Source: a virus (Duplodnaviria; Caudoviricetes). From it: DNA of 52,602 nucleotides. Made by a program: the position numbers and the translations under genes. This document shows, piece after piece, positions 8,878 to 18,757 of the stretch. The DNA lies in IMG/VR virus record IMGVR_UViG_3300032303_000869, positions 1-52,602 of that record. One strand, written 5' to 3'. Within the stretch, counting starts at the first letter, position 1. Each line of letters opens with the position of its first letter. The notes below the pieces were generated by a model. That model did not search any database and had not been told where the DNA came from. It saw only the letters and a list, made by a program, of their open reading frames with translations.

Positions 8878-11800
8878 TTACATCCTCCATTATTACTGTA
8901 CCGTCTTTAGTTTTACCGAAACTAAACTTATATGCCTTACCTTCTTCAATGTGCATGTATGCTTTAGGAAATGCAGTTGGAAATACTGTTACCGAATGTA
9001 AATCTCTTGCTGTATCTGCTAAAGTTAAAGAAGCCATTTTCTTTCCAGCCTTTGTAATTCTTGATTTAAAAGAAACAACAAACATTTCTTCTTCACTATA
9101 TGGCAATTGCTTATAACCTAAAAACTTAACAAGTGCATTTGAAGATTCTTTTATTTCATCAACAGGAATTGCAGATACAATCCTATTATCATTAGCAAGA
9201 ACCAAGTAAGTGCGACCCGTCTCAATAGTTGTTGCTTCTTCATCAAATATACCAACACTCCCAGTTTTGTCAAGAATCTCAACTCGTGACCACCCCTTTC
9301 CTCGTTTAATTGCTTTAACCATACCCATTAAAATGTATGATCCCTTTTCTTCAAATAAATCAACGTCTTGAATAAATGCATAATAATGTGAAGGAATTGT
9401 TATATTAAACTCTGGTAGGTTTAAATATTCATAAATATTTTCTTTAATTTCACTATCATTTCTTTTATTGTCAGCAAATGTTGCTGCACCAATAAGTCTA
9501 AGAGCATTAAGCGCTCTACTATTTACACCATTACCTTTTGTAAAAGTAAATTCTTCAAGTTCTTTGTATGTTTTAAATGGACGAGCAGCAATATATTTTT
9601 CAGCAATATTATTAGAAATAAACTTAATTCCAGTTAGCCCAAATCTTATGCCTTTGCCTTCAATTTTAAAATCAAGATCTGAGTCATTAATGTGTGGAAG
9701 TTTGATAGGTATTCCCATACGCTTTGCTTCAATAAGATATTCTGTTCTACCATCTTTATCCTTCTCATTTTTAAGAAGAGCAAACATAAATTCAAGTGGA
9801 TAATAATATTTTAACCACGCCGTCCAATACGAGAGCGTAGAATAAGCAACCGCATGACTTTTGTTGAACGAGTATCCTGCATGCGCTTCAAAGTCATGCC
9901 ATAAATCACGAGCCTGATTAGGAGCAACATAGGCAGAAGCGCCAGCAATAAAGCGTTCTTTATAAATATCGAACTCTTTTGCATCTTTCTTCTTTCCAAT
10001 AATTTTACGTACCTTGTCAGCATCAGACATTGACATTCCACCTAGATGAACACAAGCCTGCATAACCTGCTCTTGATATAGGATACACCCATATGTATCA
10101 TCTGTGAACTCTTTCATAATTTGGTGGGTATAGGAAACATTTTGCTTACCATGCTTGCGAGCAATATAGTCTTTACCAATAGTATTCATAGCACCTGGAC
10201 GAACAAGAGCATTTGATGCTGCTAATTCATTAAAGTTCTTGACTCCCATTTTTACTAGAAGGTTTGTATATGGTGTTGCTTCACATTGAAATACACCTTT
10301 TGTATACCCGTCTGAAAGCATCTCATATACTTTAGGATCTGCCATGTCAATTGATAAAAGATCGATGTCCTTGTAGTGATTTTCTTTAATCATACCAATA
10401 GCATCTTTTACTACGCTCAAAGTTTTAAGACCTAATGCATCAATTTTAATAAGGCCAATTTTTTCAGCCTCTTCCATATCAACGCCAACCACAGGAATGC
10501 GATTATCGGATCCAGGAGAAGAGCGAGTTTCCAATGGCGCATACCTAAATATTGGATCCTTACTAGTAACCACACCAGCAGCATGAATGCCAGTACCTCT
10601 AATACGACCACGTAACTGTTCTCCATAAATCTCCACTTCTGGATATTTTTCTCTAAACCATAATGTAGTTTTAGACGTACAATATTCATCCCAAGTATCG
10701 ACCAACTTTAATACTTTGTTAACATCTGTTAATGGTATATCTAAAACTCTTGCAACATCTCTTACAACGCCTTTATCTTTAAACTCAAGGAATGTAGCAA
10801 TAGATGCTACGTGTCTATACTGTCTAACTAAATAATCTTTTACTTCATCACGACGAGTATCTTGAATATCTGTATCAATATCAGGAAAGTCATTACGATC
10901 TGGATTAATAAAACGAAAAAACAAAAGCCCATGCTCTAGTGGATCTATATCTGTAATGCCAAGCATATAACAAACTAAAGAACCAGCAGAAGATCCACGA
11001 CCTGGGCCAACTAAGATTCCTTCTTTCTTAGCCCAATTAATCATACTTTGAACTACAAGAAAATATGGAGCAAATTTTTTATCTTTAATAATTTCAAGTT
11101 CTTCATCTAATCTTAACTCATAGGAATCATTTCCTATCCAAGAAGATGTTAGCCTTTTATCTTCTAGTGCTTGCCATGCTAAATCTCTTAATTGTTTATC
11201 GGGATTCTTATACTGAACTGGAAGCAGGTTTAGTCCATCTTTAATTTCATAGTCTTCTACTGTATCTGCTAAAAGTATTGTGTTTGAGTATATGTCTGGT
11301 CGATCAATACCCTGCAGTTCCATTGCTGTCTTAATTTCTTCATAAGATAATAGATGAATATCAAATTTGTTAAATGTTATTTGGCGATCTTCTCCGTATA
11401 AATAGTCAAGTCTTTCCATCATGTCTGTTTTCTTTTTAGACTTTTCGTATGTTACTTCTTTGTTTACTTTTTCATGTGTATTTAAAATTAATTTAAACTC
11501 TTGTATTTCTTTTTGCAATGTATCTGAATGATGACAGTCTGGTGTAACAACAACCTTTATATCAAATTCATCAGCAAGTTCAATAAGATATTTATTTATT
11601 TCTGGTGTATTGTGTGGCATAACCTCAATGTAATAATCGCTACCAAAGTTATCTTTAAACCAGTTAATGTTCTTTTTAGCAATTGCAAACTCTTGCTCTT
11701 CTAATGCTTTAACAATAACGCTACTAGGACAAGCAGACGTTACAATAATTCCTTCTTTATACTTTTTAAGAATCTCAAAGTCAAACCTTGGTTTCTTAAA

Positions 11801-12154
11801 AAAACCATCTGTCCATGCAATCTCACTAATCTTGTTAAGGTTTTCCAAACCTTTTTGGTTCTTGGCTAGAAGGACAATGTGGTTATAGACAAGATCTTGT
11901 TGACCTTCTCTTTCAGACTTATCTCTTTTATCTGATATGTCTGCACACATGTATCCTTCTAAACCAAGGATTGGCTTAATACCCTTTTCTTTTGCAGCAC
12001 GATACAACTCTCTGTGACCAGAAAGTGTACCGTGATCTGTAATTGCAAGAGCGTTCATACCCAACTTGCTAGCACGGTCTACATACTCTTGTGGAGTTGC
12101 TATGCCGTCAAATAGGGAGTAGTGAGTATGAACATGTAAGCCTACATAGTTCAT
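8867..12154 (-). CDS. dnaE: DNA polymerase III alpha subunit (family C) with PHP domain
   Basis: HVHTHYSLFDG PHP domain, GPGRGSSAGS, PDIDTD catalytic motif, FNKSHAVAY, C-terminal OB folds. Confidence 0.96.
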   Translation of the reverse strand: MNYVGLHVHTHYSLFDGIATPQEYVDRASKLGMNALAITDHGTLSGHRELYRAAKEKGIKPILGLEGYMCADISDKRDKSEREGQQDLVYNHIVLLAKNQKGLENLNKISEIAWTDGFFKKPRFDFEILKKYKEGIIVTSACPSSVIVKALEEQEFAIAKKNINWFKDNFGSDYYIEVMPHNTPEINKYLIELADEFDIKVVVTPDCHHSDTLQKEIQEFKLILNTHEKVNKEVTYEKSKKKTDMMERLDYLYGEDRQITFNKFDIHLLSYEEIKTAMELQGIDRPDIYSNTILLADTVEDYEIKDGLNLLPVQYKNPDKQLRDLAWQALEDKRLTSSWIGNDSYELRLDEELEIIKDKKFAPYFLVVQSMINWAKKEGILVGPGRGSSAGSLVCYMLGITDIDPLEHGLLFFRFINPDRNDFPDIDTDIQDTRRDEVKDYLVRQYRHVASIATFLEFKDKGVVRDVARVLDIPLTDVNKVLKLVDTWDEYCTSKTTLWFREKYPEVEIYGEQLRGRIRGTGIHAAGVVTSKDPIFRYAPLETRSSPGSDNRIPVVGVDMEEAEKIGLIKIDALGLKTLSVVKDAIGMIKENHYKDIDLLSIDMADPKVYEMLSDGYTKGVFQCEATPYTNLLVKMGVKNFNELAASNALVRPGAMNTIGKDYIARKHGKQNVSYTHQIMKEFTDDTYGCILYQEQVMQACVHLGGMSMSDADKVRKIIGKKKDAKEFDIYKERFIAGASAYVAPNQARDLWHDFEAHAGYSFNKSHAVAYSTLSYWTAWLKYYYPLEFMFALLKNEKDKDGRTEYLIEAKRMGIPIKLPHINDSDLDFKIEGKGIRFGLTGIKFISNNIAEKYIAARPFKTYKELEEFTFTKGNGVNSRALNALRLIGAATFADNKRNDSEIKENIYEYLNLPEFNITIPSHYYAFIQDVDLFEEKGSYILMGMVKAIKRGKGWSRVEILDKTGSVGIFDEEATTIETGRTYLVLANDNRIVSAIPVDEIKESSNALVKFLGYKQLPYSEEEMFVVSFKSRITKAGKKMASLTLADTARDLHSVTVFPTAFPKAYMHIEEGKAYKFSFGKTKDGTVIMEDVNVS

Positions 12155-12157
12155 CTA

Positions 12158-12814
12158 TTACCAGTCTACATTGGTAGCAGATGAAGTTGTTGGGCCATCA
12201 AACCCAAGATAGAATGCTTCTTGTTCAGCATAAGGAATTTTCTTTAATGCTAACTCAAGAGGATAAGGCTTTATATCTGCCCACTTAAATGGTTCTGTAT
12301 CTGGTGCGCTAGGAATGGTTGTATAACTTGTTTCAGTACCCTGACCATTTCGCTTTACTTTCCAGACTACGTTTGAGATGCTACCTGTTTCAAGTGCATA
12401 CTCACGAATTGTATTAAATGCTGATTGCTTGCTAACACCCATTGACCAAATAGCCACATATGGTGCTTCAATGCCATCGTCTACTAGAACATTGCAATAG
12501 AAACGAAGACGTGCTCTCCAGCCAGCCTTTGGATCCTTACGATGCATTTCTTCTGCCCAGTCACGACCTTCTGATTCCATTGTATCTACAGCCTTGCGCT
12601 TGTAGTCTTTTGGATTTGTATGTTCTTTGACAACTAAAGCAAGGCCACGATCTGCATTGTAGTTTGCAGAGTCCTCATCTAGTTCTTCAATGAAACGAAT
12701 TTTTGCTGCTTGACCATCGGCAAGTTTAAGCCATCTTACCTTTGGTGAGTTTTCATCATATTTTGGCTTGTCGAGCAGGGCATTTATATTCTTGAGTCCC
12801 TTTATTACGCTCAT
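12158..12814 (-). CDS. Single-stranded DNA-binding protein (gp32-like)
   Basis: WLKLADGQAAKIRF, KRNGQGTETSY, acidic/aromatic C-terminus; lies between primase and polymerase; strong SD. Confidence 0.7.
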   Translation of the reverse strand: MSVIKGLKNINALLDKPKYDENSPKVRWLKLADGQAAKIRFIEELDEDSANYNADRGLALVVKEHTNPKDYKRKAVDTMESEGRDWAEEMHRKDPKAGWRARLRFYCNVLVDDGIEAPYVAIWSMGVSKQSAFNTIREYALETGSISNVVWKVKRNGQGTETSYTTIPSAPDTEPFKWADIKPYPLELALKKIPYAEQEAFYLGFDGPTTSSATNVDW

Positions 12815-12837
12815 ATATTCTCCTTCGATTTGTTATA

Positions 12838-13761
12838 TTAGTTTAGCATAGAGGCTATGGATTTGTCAAACTGAAACTTAATGTTTCTGATTGCCTCATC
12901 ATCCATGTCGCCTATGTCTTTATATTTTTTATCTATGTTGATTACGGTGACTAATGATCCAAGTTTTTCAATTAACTTATCTTTCATTATTGAGCCAGCC
13001 TCATCGTTGTCTGCAACAAGTACAACATTATTAAAGTACTTTGCTAATAACTTAACCTGCGATGCAGATACATTAGCCCCCAGTGTTGCAACTGCTGGGA
13101 ATCCTACTTGGTCTAGTCTTATAGCATCAAAAGATGACTCAACTACATACACAGTGCTAGATGATTTAATTCTATGTAAATTAAATAATATTTTACCTTT
13201 TGGAAGTCCTGGAGTATTTTTAAATTCTTTACCTTCTACAGATCTACCAACAAACCCAAGTGTCATTCCATCTGGGGAATGAACTGGAATAGTAACCATG
13301 TCTTGTTTTTCTGAATAACCAAGTCCAAATTTTTTAACTGAATCTTCTGTTATAGATCTACCAAAATAATATCTCATTGCTCTTGGCGACTCAAGTGCTT
13401 GATTATTTAATCGTTTAATTAATACTTCATCATATTGAACAAAATCTGGCGGAGCATACATTGCTTTATTAATTACGCTCTCAATGTTAGTTTCTGTTTG
13501 TTTACTTTTTATATATCTTGCTGCTTCAAAATAAGTTCTACCAGTTACAAACATTACAAATTCTTCAAGATTTTTAGTTGTTTGACATCCAAAACAAAAA
13601 AATAATCCACTATCTTTTGCAATTTCAGCGGCAGGAGTTCTAGTATTATTATGATATGGACAATAGATTATATAATCATTACCAAATTCTGCTTCAACAT
13701 CAATACCTGCACCACTAAGTACTCTTTGTATTTGTTCTTTACTATAAATATTATTTACCAT
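12838..13761 (-). CDS. dnaG: DNA primase (CHC2 zinc finger + TOPRIM)
   Basis: CPYH...CFGC, VVESSFD, ADNDEAG, KDIGD. Likely start at 13761. Confidence 0.9.
   Translation of the reverse strand: MVNNIYSKEQIQRVLSGAGIDVEAEFGNDYIIYCPYHNNTRTPAAEIAKDSGLFFCFGCQTTKNLEEFVMFVTGRTYFEAARYIKSKQTETNIESVINKAMYAPPDFVQYDEVLIKRLNNQALESPRAMRYYFGRSITEDSVKKFGLGYSEKQDMVTIPVHSPDGMTLGFVGRSVEGKEFKNTPGLPKGKILFNLHRIKSSSTVYVVESSFDAIRLDQVGFPAVATLGANVSASQVKLLAKYFNNVVLVADNDEAGSIMKDKLIEKLGSLVTVINIDKKYKDIGDMDDEAIRNIKFQFDKSIASMLN
12840..12848 (-). promoter_or_regulatory. Extended -10 promoter
   Basis: TGCTAAACT overlapping the end of the primase gene, upstream of SSB. Confidence 0.5.
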
Positions 13762-14974
13762 CTTCGTAATCCTTATATCTATAATATCCTTTATCAAAAT
13801 CTACTTGTACTAAAAAGTCCCCCATAAAACCATTTCTGTTTTTTCTAAATACACATTCAATAATATCACTATTCGTAGCACGACCCAGTGCCATAACCCA
13901 GTCAGCATCGTAAGCAATTTGTCTTGACCATGCTGTTTGACCAAGTGTTGGAGCACTACTTAAGTCTTTAACATCGTCTGGAGTGGCAGATGAAATAGCA
14001 ATAATAGGAACTTCTTCACCAATAGCCATAAGTTTAAGTTCTCTGGAAAGGTTTTTCATACGTACCGTTTCATTTTCAGATTTTTGATTAGGTGACATAA
14101 GTTGTAAATAATCTACAATAACAAAGTCTGGTTTATATTGATCAATTTTTCCACGCACAACGGATGGGTTTACTTCTCCACCATTGTCATTTGAAATAAT
14201 GTGAAACTCTGGTTTACCTGCAATTTTATTAGCATGCCAATTCTTAAGCATATCAAGTTCTACTTCACCATTACTAAGTTTGCGATGAGACCAAATTCCC
14301 TCACCCATAATAGCAAATACACGATTACGAACCTCTGTTTCAGACATTTCAAGAGATATTACTAGGGGAGATTTGCCTTGCTTCCATGCTTGAACTGCAA
14401 AGTAAAGTGCAAGCCATGACTTGCCAATTCCAGGATAGGCAAGAAACACACCAAGTTGTCCTGGCATAATTCCAGAAGGTAGGTAGTTGTCAAATCCTGG
14501 CAAACCTGTTTTAATTCCAACTTGACCAGTTAATTTTTGTTGCTGAATCTTTTCAAAATATGCAACTGCAGAATCAAGATCGGTAGCATCAATATCACGT
14601 ATAGCAGAAGTATTTTTCTTTAACTCAGAAGTTTTTGTGATTAATCCATTTAGTGCTTCTGTCCCATTGCCAACCTGCACTTCACCTGCTGCAGATCTTA
14701 ATATATCTTTAAGGCTATCATTTAAATACTCTGCCTGCAACTCTTCAAGATGATGTTTGGTGGCACCAACGCCATCTACTGGTTGAAAATCTCTAAATTT
14801 TTCTACAACTAAAGATGTTGGGGGAATAGATCCATTGTTGTCAAAATATAAACGAATAAAATTCCATACATCGTTATGAGTTCTAAGAAGATTTTCTACG
14901 TTAGCCTGTAACAAAACATGCATTTGCTTATCTTGCAATAGTGCCGATATAACTTTTGCTTCTGTATTATTCAC
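13751..14974 (-). CDS. dnaB: DnaB-like replicative helicase
   Basis: Walker A AYPGIGKS, SLEM, VIVDYLQL, IAYDAD, KNRNG. Confidence 0.93.
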   Translation of the reverse strand: MNNTEAKVISALLQDKQMHVLLQANVENLLRTHNDVWNFIRLYFDNNGSIPPTSLVVEKFRDFQPVDGVGATKHHLEELQAEYLNDSLKDILRSAAGEVQVGNGTEALNGLITKTSELKKNTSAIRDIDATDLDSAVAYFEKIQQQKLTGQVGIKTGLPGFDNYLPSGIMPGQLGVFLAYPGIGKSWLALYFAVQAWKQGKSPLVISLEMSETEVRNRVFAIMGEGIWSHRKLSNGEVELDMLKNWHANKIAGKPEFHIISNDNGGEVNPSVVRGKIDQYKPDFVIVDYLQLMSPNQKSENETVRMKNLSRELKLMAIGEEVPIIAISSATPDDVKDLSSAPTLGQTAWSRQIAYDADWVMALGRATNSDIIECVFRKNRNGFMGDFLVQVDFDKGYYRYKDYEDGK

Positions 14975-15275
14975 TAAGCCACCTTCTTGCTAACTTTCTG
15001 CGTTCTAATCTTTCTTGAATATCTTTTTTTGTTTCTATCTTACCACTAATAATTTTTTCTGCATTATATGCAAAATGATTCCAACTAGGCTCTTCGGCAA
15101 TACTAAAATAATAATCAAGCAAATCGTAGCATTCTGAAATACCATAGGATTCAACTAAAGCATCAGAAGACCATTGCTCTACATTTAAATTTAAAGATGG
15201 CTTTTGCTGGTATCTTGCTGTGTGCAATTTACTATATCTACTAAGCAAAGCCATACGGTCTTTGCGTTCAGCCAT
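14967..15275 (-). CDS. Hypothetical protein (102 aa), helicase-adjacent
   Basis: Coupled ORF immediately upstream of dnaB; a loader or replication-accessory role is suggested by position only. Confidence 0.65.
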   Translation of the reverse strand: MAERKDRMALLSRYSKLHTARYQQKPSLNLNVEQWSSDALVESYGISECYDLLDYYFSIAEEPSWNHFAYNAEKIISGKIETKKDIQERLERRKLARRWLSE

Positions 15276-15487
15276 TATTCTGTACTGTCAGCCTCTGATT
15301 GTGCTTCCTGAATCTTTTCTGTTAGTTTGTCTTCAACAAATTTATAGACTCTATTAAAGGCCTGCTCTGTATTTTCACCATCACGCTTAGAGTCAATAAC
15401 TCCAAGATCAAGCCTTAATGACTGAAAATTACCCAAATTAAGGGTATATCCTAATGTTACTGATACTTTTGTGCTTTCGTTTTCCAT
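15275..15487 (-). CDS. Small hypothetical protein (70 aa)
   Basis: Start MENEST at 15487 with SD AGGTGGG; motif LGYTLNLGNFQSLRLD. Confidence 0.7.
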   Translation of the reverse strand: MENESTKVSVTLGYTLNLGNFQSLRLDLGVIDSKRDGENTEQAFNRVYKFVEDKLTEKIQEAQSEADSTE

Positions 15488-15506
15488 TATCCCACCTATT
15501 CTTGAT

Positions 15507-16049
15507 TTAAATATTCTCTGACCAAACAGGAATAAATCTTCCATCTTCTGTCTTTGTATATGTAAGTATACCGTTACCCATTCGCCTTGTCAACTCTTGA
15601 TTTGTAGGCGTCATATTATTTGTTATTAATCCGTCTCTTCTTGGTTGTCCAATATGTATAGATGCCAGTATATCACGAATTGCTTTAACTGTGCTTTCTG
15701 AATAATATGATCTTATTTGCCATCCAGTTTTTCCATTTAAAGTAGAACCTATTGGTGGTGGAATGACTCCTCGTTTAATTAGTGTTGGCATATACTTTCT
15801 ATGACGATTAATTAATTTAGCAGTCTCTGCGACTGTATATGCCCTTTCTCTATTTTTTCTAAAATCAGTTCTTAAACAAGTTTCAATTCTGTCTTTATTA
15901 ATATTATACACAGAAACTAAACCAGTAGACCTAGAACTATGATGTAACCTTACAAGATCGCCATTAAGAAACCAAATTTTTTTACTTCCTTTTATTACAG
16001 ACTCGTTATTATAGATTTGCTCATCGATAATTCCTTTTCGAGTAACCAT
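15507..16049 (-). CDS. MerR/excisionase-like HTH DNA-binding protein
   Basis: YTVAETAKLINRH...IKRGVIPPP...RSYYSE winged-HTH pattern. Confidence 0.7.
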   Translation of the reverse strand: MVTRKGIIDEQIYNNESVIKGSKKIWFLNGDLVRLHHSSRSTGLVSVYNINKDRIETCLRTDFRKNRERAYTVAETAKLINRHRKYMPTLIKRGVIPPPIGSTLNGKTGWQIRSYYSESTVKAIRDILASIHIGQPRRDGLITNNMTPTNQELTRRMGNGILTYTKTEDGRFIPVWSENI

Positions 16050-16186
16050 CTACCTTCCTCGCTTTCAGTTGGTGGATGATAAAATTTTCTTAATCCACAC
16101 CGAACACAATATACCTCTATGTGCTGCGTGGTAGTATAGAGTCTGTCAACAAATAAACGGCCACGGCACTTGCTACAAGAAAGCAT
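15995..16186 (-). CDS. Zinc-ribbon protein
   Basis: CSKC...YCVRCG. Confidence 0.65.
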   Translation of the reverse strand: MLSCSKCRGRLFVDRLYTTTQHIEVYCVRCGLRKFYHPPTESEEGRWLLEKELSMSKSIITSL

Positions 16187-16195
16187 AAATAATCT

Positions 16196-16639
16196 TTAGT
16201 TTGGAATACCAACAGCAATTAAGTTAACTGCAAGTGATACATTTCCAGATGCTCCAAACCTTACAAATCCATCAACTTTGGACGTAGTTGGTCTTTGTAA
16301 GACAACCGTAACATTTTGACCAGCCTCAGTATTTCCAATATTTAATGCTGTTGCTGTAACTATTGGTGGAAACTTAAAGTCATTTTGAAAAGAATAAGTA
16401 AATGCTCTTTCATTACCAGCGTTTACAATACTGTTTGTAAAAATTTCTACATACCCGCCAACAATTCTTGCATTTGATGTTTTTATATTTTCTTTAATTG
16501 ATGGACCATTATCAATGCTTGTAAAATTATATGCTGCAGAAGAAATCTCTGTAGATAAATCATTAATAGTTTTAGCCAACTCATAAATATATGTAACATC
16601 TAATGGTTGTCCACGTTCTGGTAGCGGTATTTTTGCCAT
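16196..16639 (-). CDS. Tail-associated protein with C-terminal H-type-lectin/gp53-like beta domain
   Basis: FTYSFQNDFKFPPIVTAT...NLIAVG pattern; last gene of the tail module; SD AGGAGG. Confidence 0.55.
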   Translation of the reverse strand: MAKIPLPERGQPLDVTYIYELAKTINDLSTEISSAAYNFTSIDNGPSIKENIKTSNARIVGGYVEIFTNSIVNAGNERAFTYSFQNDFKFPPIVTATALNIGNTEAGQNVTVVLQRPTTSKVDGFVRFGASGNVSLAVNLIAVGIPN

Positions 16640-16654
16640 TGTTCCTCCTATTTA

Positions 16655-16663
16655 ATTATACCA
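16655..16663 (-). promoter_or_regulatory. Extended -10 promoter
   Basis: TGGTATAAT containing the upstream TAA stop codon. Confidence 0.65.
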
Positions 16664-17078
16664 AAGAAACTATACTTGATTCAAATATAGTCAATTCAGC
16701 ATTTCTTACCTTATTAACACCTTCAACCTGTATGGCTGCTCTAACATTTGTTGTGCCAGTATTAATAAAACTATATGAATGAATTGGAGAAGTTCCGTGA
16801 TATGTATAACTTCCTCCATCAAACTTTACAAATATATCATATTTGGGTCTAGCATTTTCATCTCCCCAAATAACTGTAGAAGTGTTGCCATTAACAATTA
16901 GTTTACCACTAACTGCTTCTATATTTGGAGCGATTGTTGAAAATATTGGCGACCAATGAGAGTATCTATTTTTATCTTCAGAAATAATCCTATATCTTAA
17001 AAAGTATTCGTTATTATCTCCTACAGGCGGTAGTTGATTTTTAGGAATAATTAGTTTTTTAATACCTGCGTCAGACAT
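16656..17078 (-). CDS. Minor tail protein (Fn3/Ig-like beta-rich)
   Basis: YFLRYRII...SHWSP Fn3-like ending; tail module context. Confidence 0.55.
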   Translation of the reverse strand: MSDAGIKKLIIPKNQLPPVGDNNEYFLRYRIISEDKNRYSHWSPIFSTIAPNIEAVSGKLIVNGNTSTVIWGDENARPKYDIFVKFDGGSYTYHGTSPIHSYSFINTGTTNVRAAIQVEGVNKVRNAELTIFESSIVSLV

Positions 17079-18250
17079 TAAGAAACACCAACTGCAAATC
17101 TAAATTCTACATAATTACTAGTATTAGGAGATTTTATAACTGTTGTTGCATTATCATTTTTAACAACAGAATACCCAGTTAAACCATAAAGCGGATTAAC
17201 CGTTTGAGTATTTTCTAACCTTAATGCATCTAAAGCAATGTAATAATTTGATGATGGTATTGGTGTTGGTCCACTATCCTCAGAAAGCACGCATGCATAA
17301 ATTTTAACAACTGTTACTGCATCCCAAGTAAAATTTGCAGTTGTATAAAGTTCTTGTAATTGTTTAGAAATAACAAAATATCTATTTGTTTCAAAATCTG
17401 CAATATAGTTTTCTAAATTTCCAGAACTATCTTGATTTATTTCTGCTTCAAATCTTGCAAACTCTCCAGAACCAGTATCTGTTGAAGAAAAATCAATTAA
17501 AATTCTAACTGTGTCTGGAATTGCAAAAGAACTTCCATTTTTGCTAATTAAAGAAAATGCTAATCTTAATTCATCTTTAGGAGAATTTTTACTAAAATCA
17601 ACCTGTGGATTAGTTAAATGTATATGATTTGAACCTGGCTCAATTACAAAATGATCTAACGTTGAGCCACTCTCTTCGCTAAGAGTTATATCTGCGTCGT
17701 TTCCTTGAATTAAAATTATATTATTTAAAAATCTACATCTTTCATATCTATCTGCACGAGATGTTTTAAAAAATATTAAATTATCAGCATTTGTTTGAAA
17801 AACTGGATTTGCAATTGAAATAATATTATCGTTTTGTGGACTGTCTAATGCGGCAGGAAAAAAAACAATTTCTGCTGCAGAAGCCTCTGTATGATATTGC
17901 CAATTTTCTGTATTAGTAAAAGCAAAAATAGTCTTACTGTCATATGCTCCAGCAGAAGGATTTAATCCTGCAGAGTATAAACCTATTTCTGATATTTCAT
18001 ATCTTTCTTCTGTTGGAAGTTCTGCAGTTAAAACAATTTTATCTATACCATTTTCTTTTATAAAACCTTTTGAAGAAATTGGAACTCTAAACATTTCAAA
18101 ATCAAGATTTTGTTTATTAGAAACATCATTTTGAATATCAAATGTATCTAATGGTTTAGAGCCACACCCAACAGCAATATATGAAGCATAGGCTGGAGCC
18201 TGACCAAGCAAATATTTTCCAATAATTGACTTGCCAGTGTCTGTTATCAT
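17078..18250 (-). CDS. Minor tail/baseplate protein
   Basis: MITDTGK...YIAVGCG...LDFEMFRVPI...EISEIGLY resembles a tail-collar-type N-terminus. Confidence 0.65.
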   Translation of the reverse strand: MITDTGKSIIGKYLLGQAPAYASYIAVGCGSKPLDTFDIQNDVSNKQNLDFEMFRVPISSKGFIKENGIDKIVLTAELPTEERYEISEIGLYSAGLNPSAGAYDSKTIFAFTNTENWQYHTEASAAEIVFFPAALDSPQNDNIISIANPVFQTNADNLIFFKTSRADRYERCRFLNNIILIQGNDADITLSEESGSTLDHFVIEPGSNHIHLTNPQVDFSKNSPKDELRLAFSLISKNGSSFAIPDTVRILIDFSSTDTGSGEFARFEAEINQDSSGNLENYIADFETNRYFVISKQLQELYTTANFTWDAVTVVKIYACVLSEDSGPTPIPSSNYYIALDALRLENTQTVNPLYGLTGYSVVKNDNATTVIKSPNTSNYVEFRFAVGVS

Positions 18251-18756
18251 GATTCATTCCCATCAAGTTGTATACTATATATTGTACCACTTGTGCTTAA
18301 CTGAACCTCAAGTTGTTCATCATTGTTTAAATTAGTAGCCTCTATAACTAAATTACCCAAGTCATCAACATAAACATTTGTACCGTCTAACCCATTACCA
18401 ACATTTGGTACTTTTTGATAAAAATTAATAGAAAATCCAGAAAAATACTTATCTGAAGTTTTTTGCAACCCCAAAATATTGTTTGAGTTATATGCTTGTT
18501 GTATTGATTTTATATTTTTTATTGGTTGATAAGAAATATTTTGACCATTAATAGTGTCATTTCTTGATATATTAATTAATTCTTGTCCACCAATATTTTC
18601 AAAAATTAAATCAGTCATTTGTTCTATTGAAACTGCTTCATTATTAAACAACACAATATCTGGTGTAGCAGTTTTAATTAAATTTGCATTAGAAGATATA
18701 AGCACTTGACTAATATTTAATGGAGTATTTGGAGTGGGAGATAAACTGTTTGACAT
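18247..18756 (-). CDS. Minor tail protein (hypothetical)
   Basis: 169-aa ORF coupled within the tail module. Confidence 0.55.
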   Translation of the reverse strand: MSNSLSPTPNTPLNISQVLISSNANLIKTATPDIVLFNNEAVSIEQMTDLIFENIGGQELINISRNDTINGQNISYQPIKNIKSIQQAYNSNNILGLQKTSDKYFSGFSINFYQKVPNVGNGLDGTNVYVDDLGNLVIEATNLNNDEQLEVQLSTSGTIYSIQLDGNES

Positions 18757-18757
18757 T

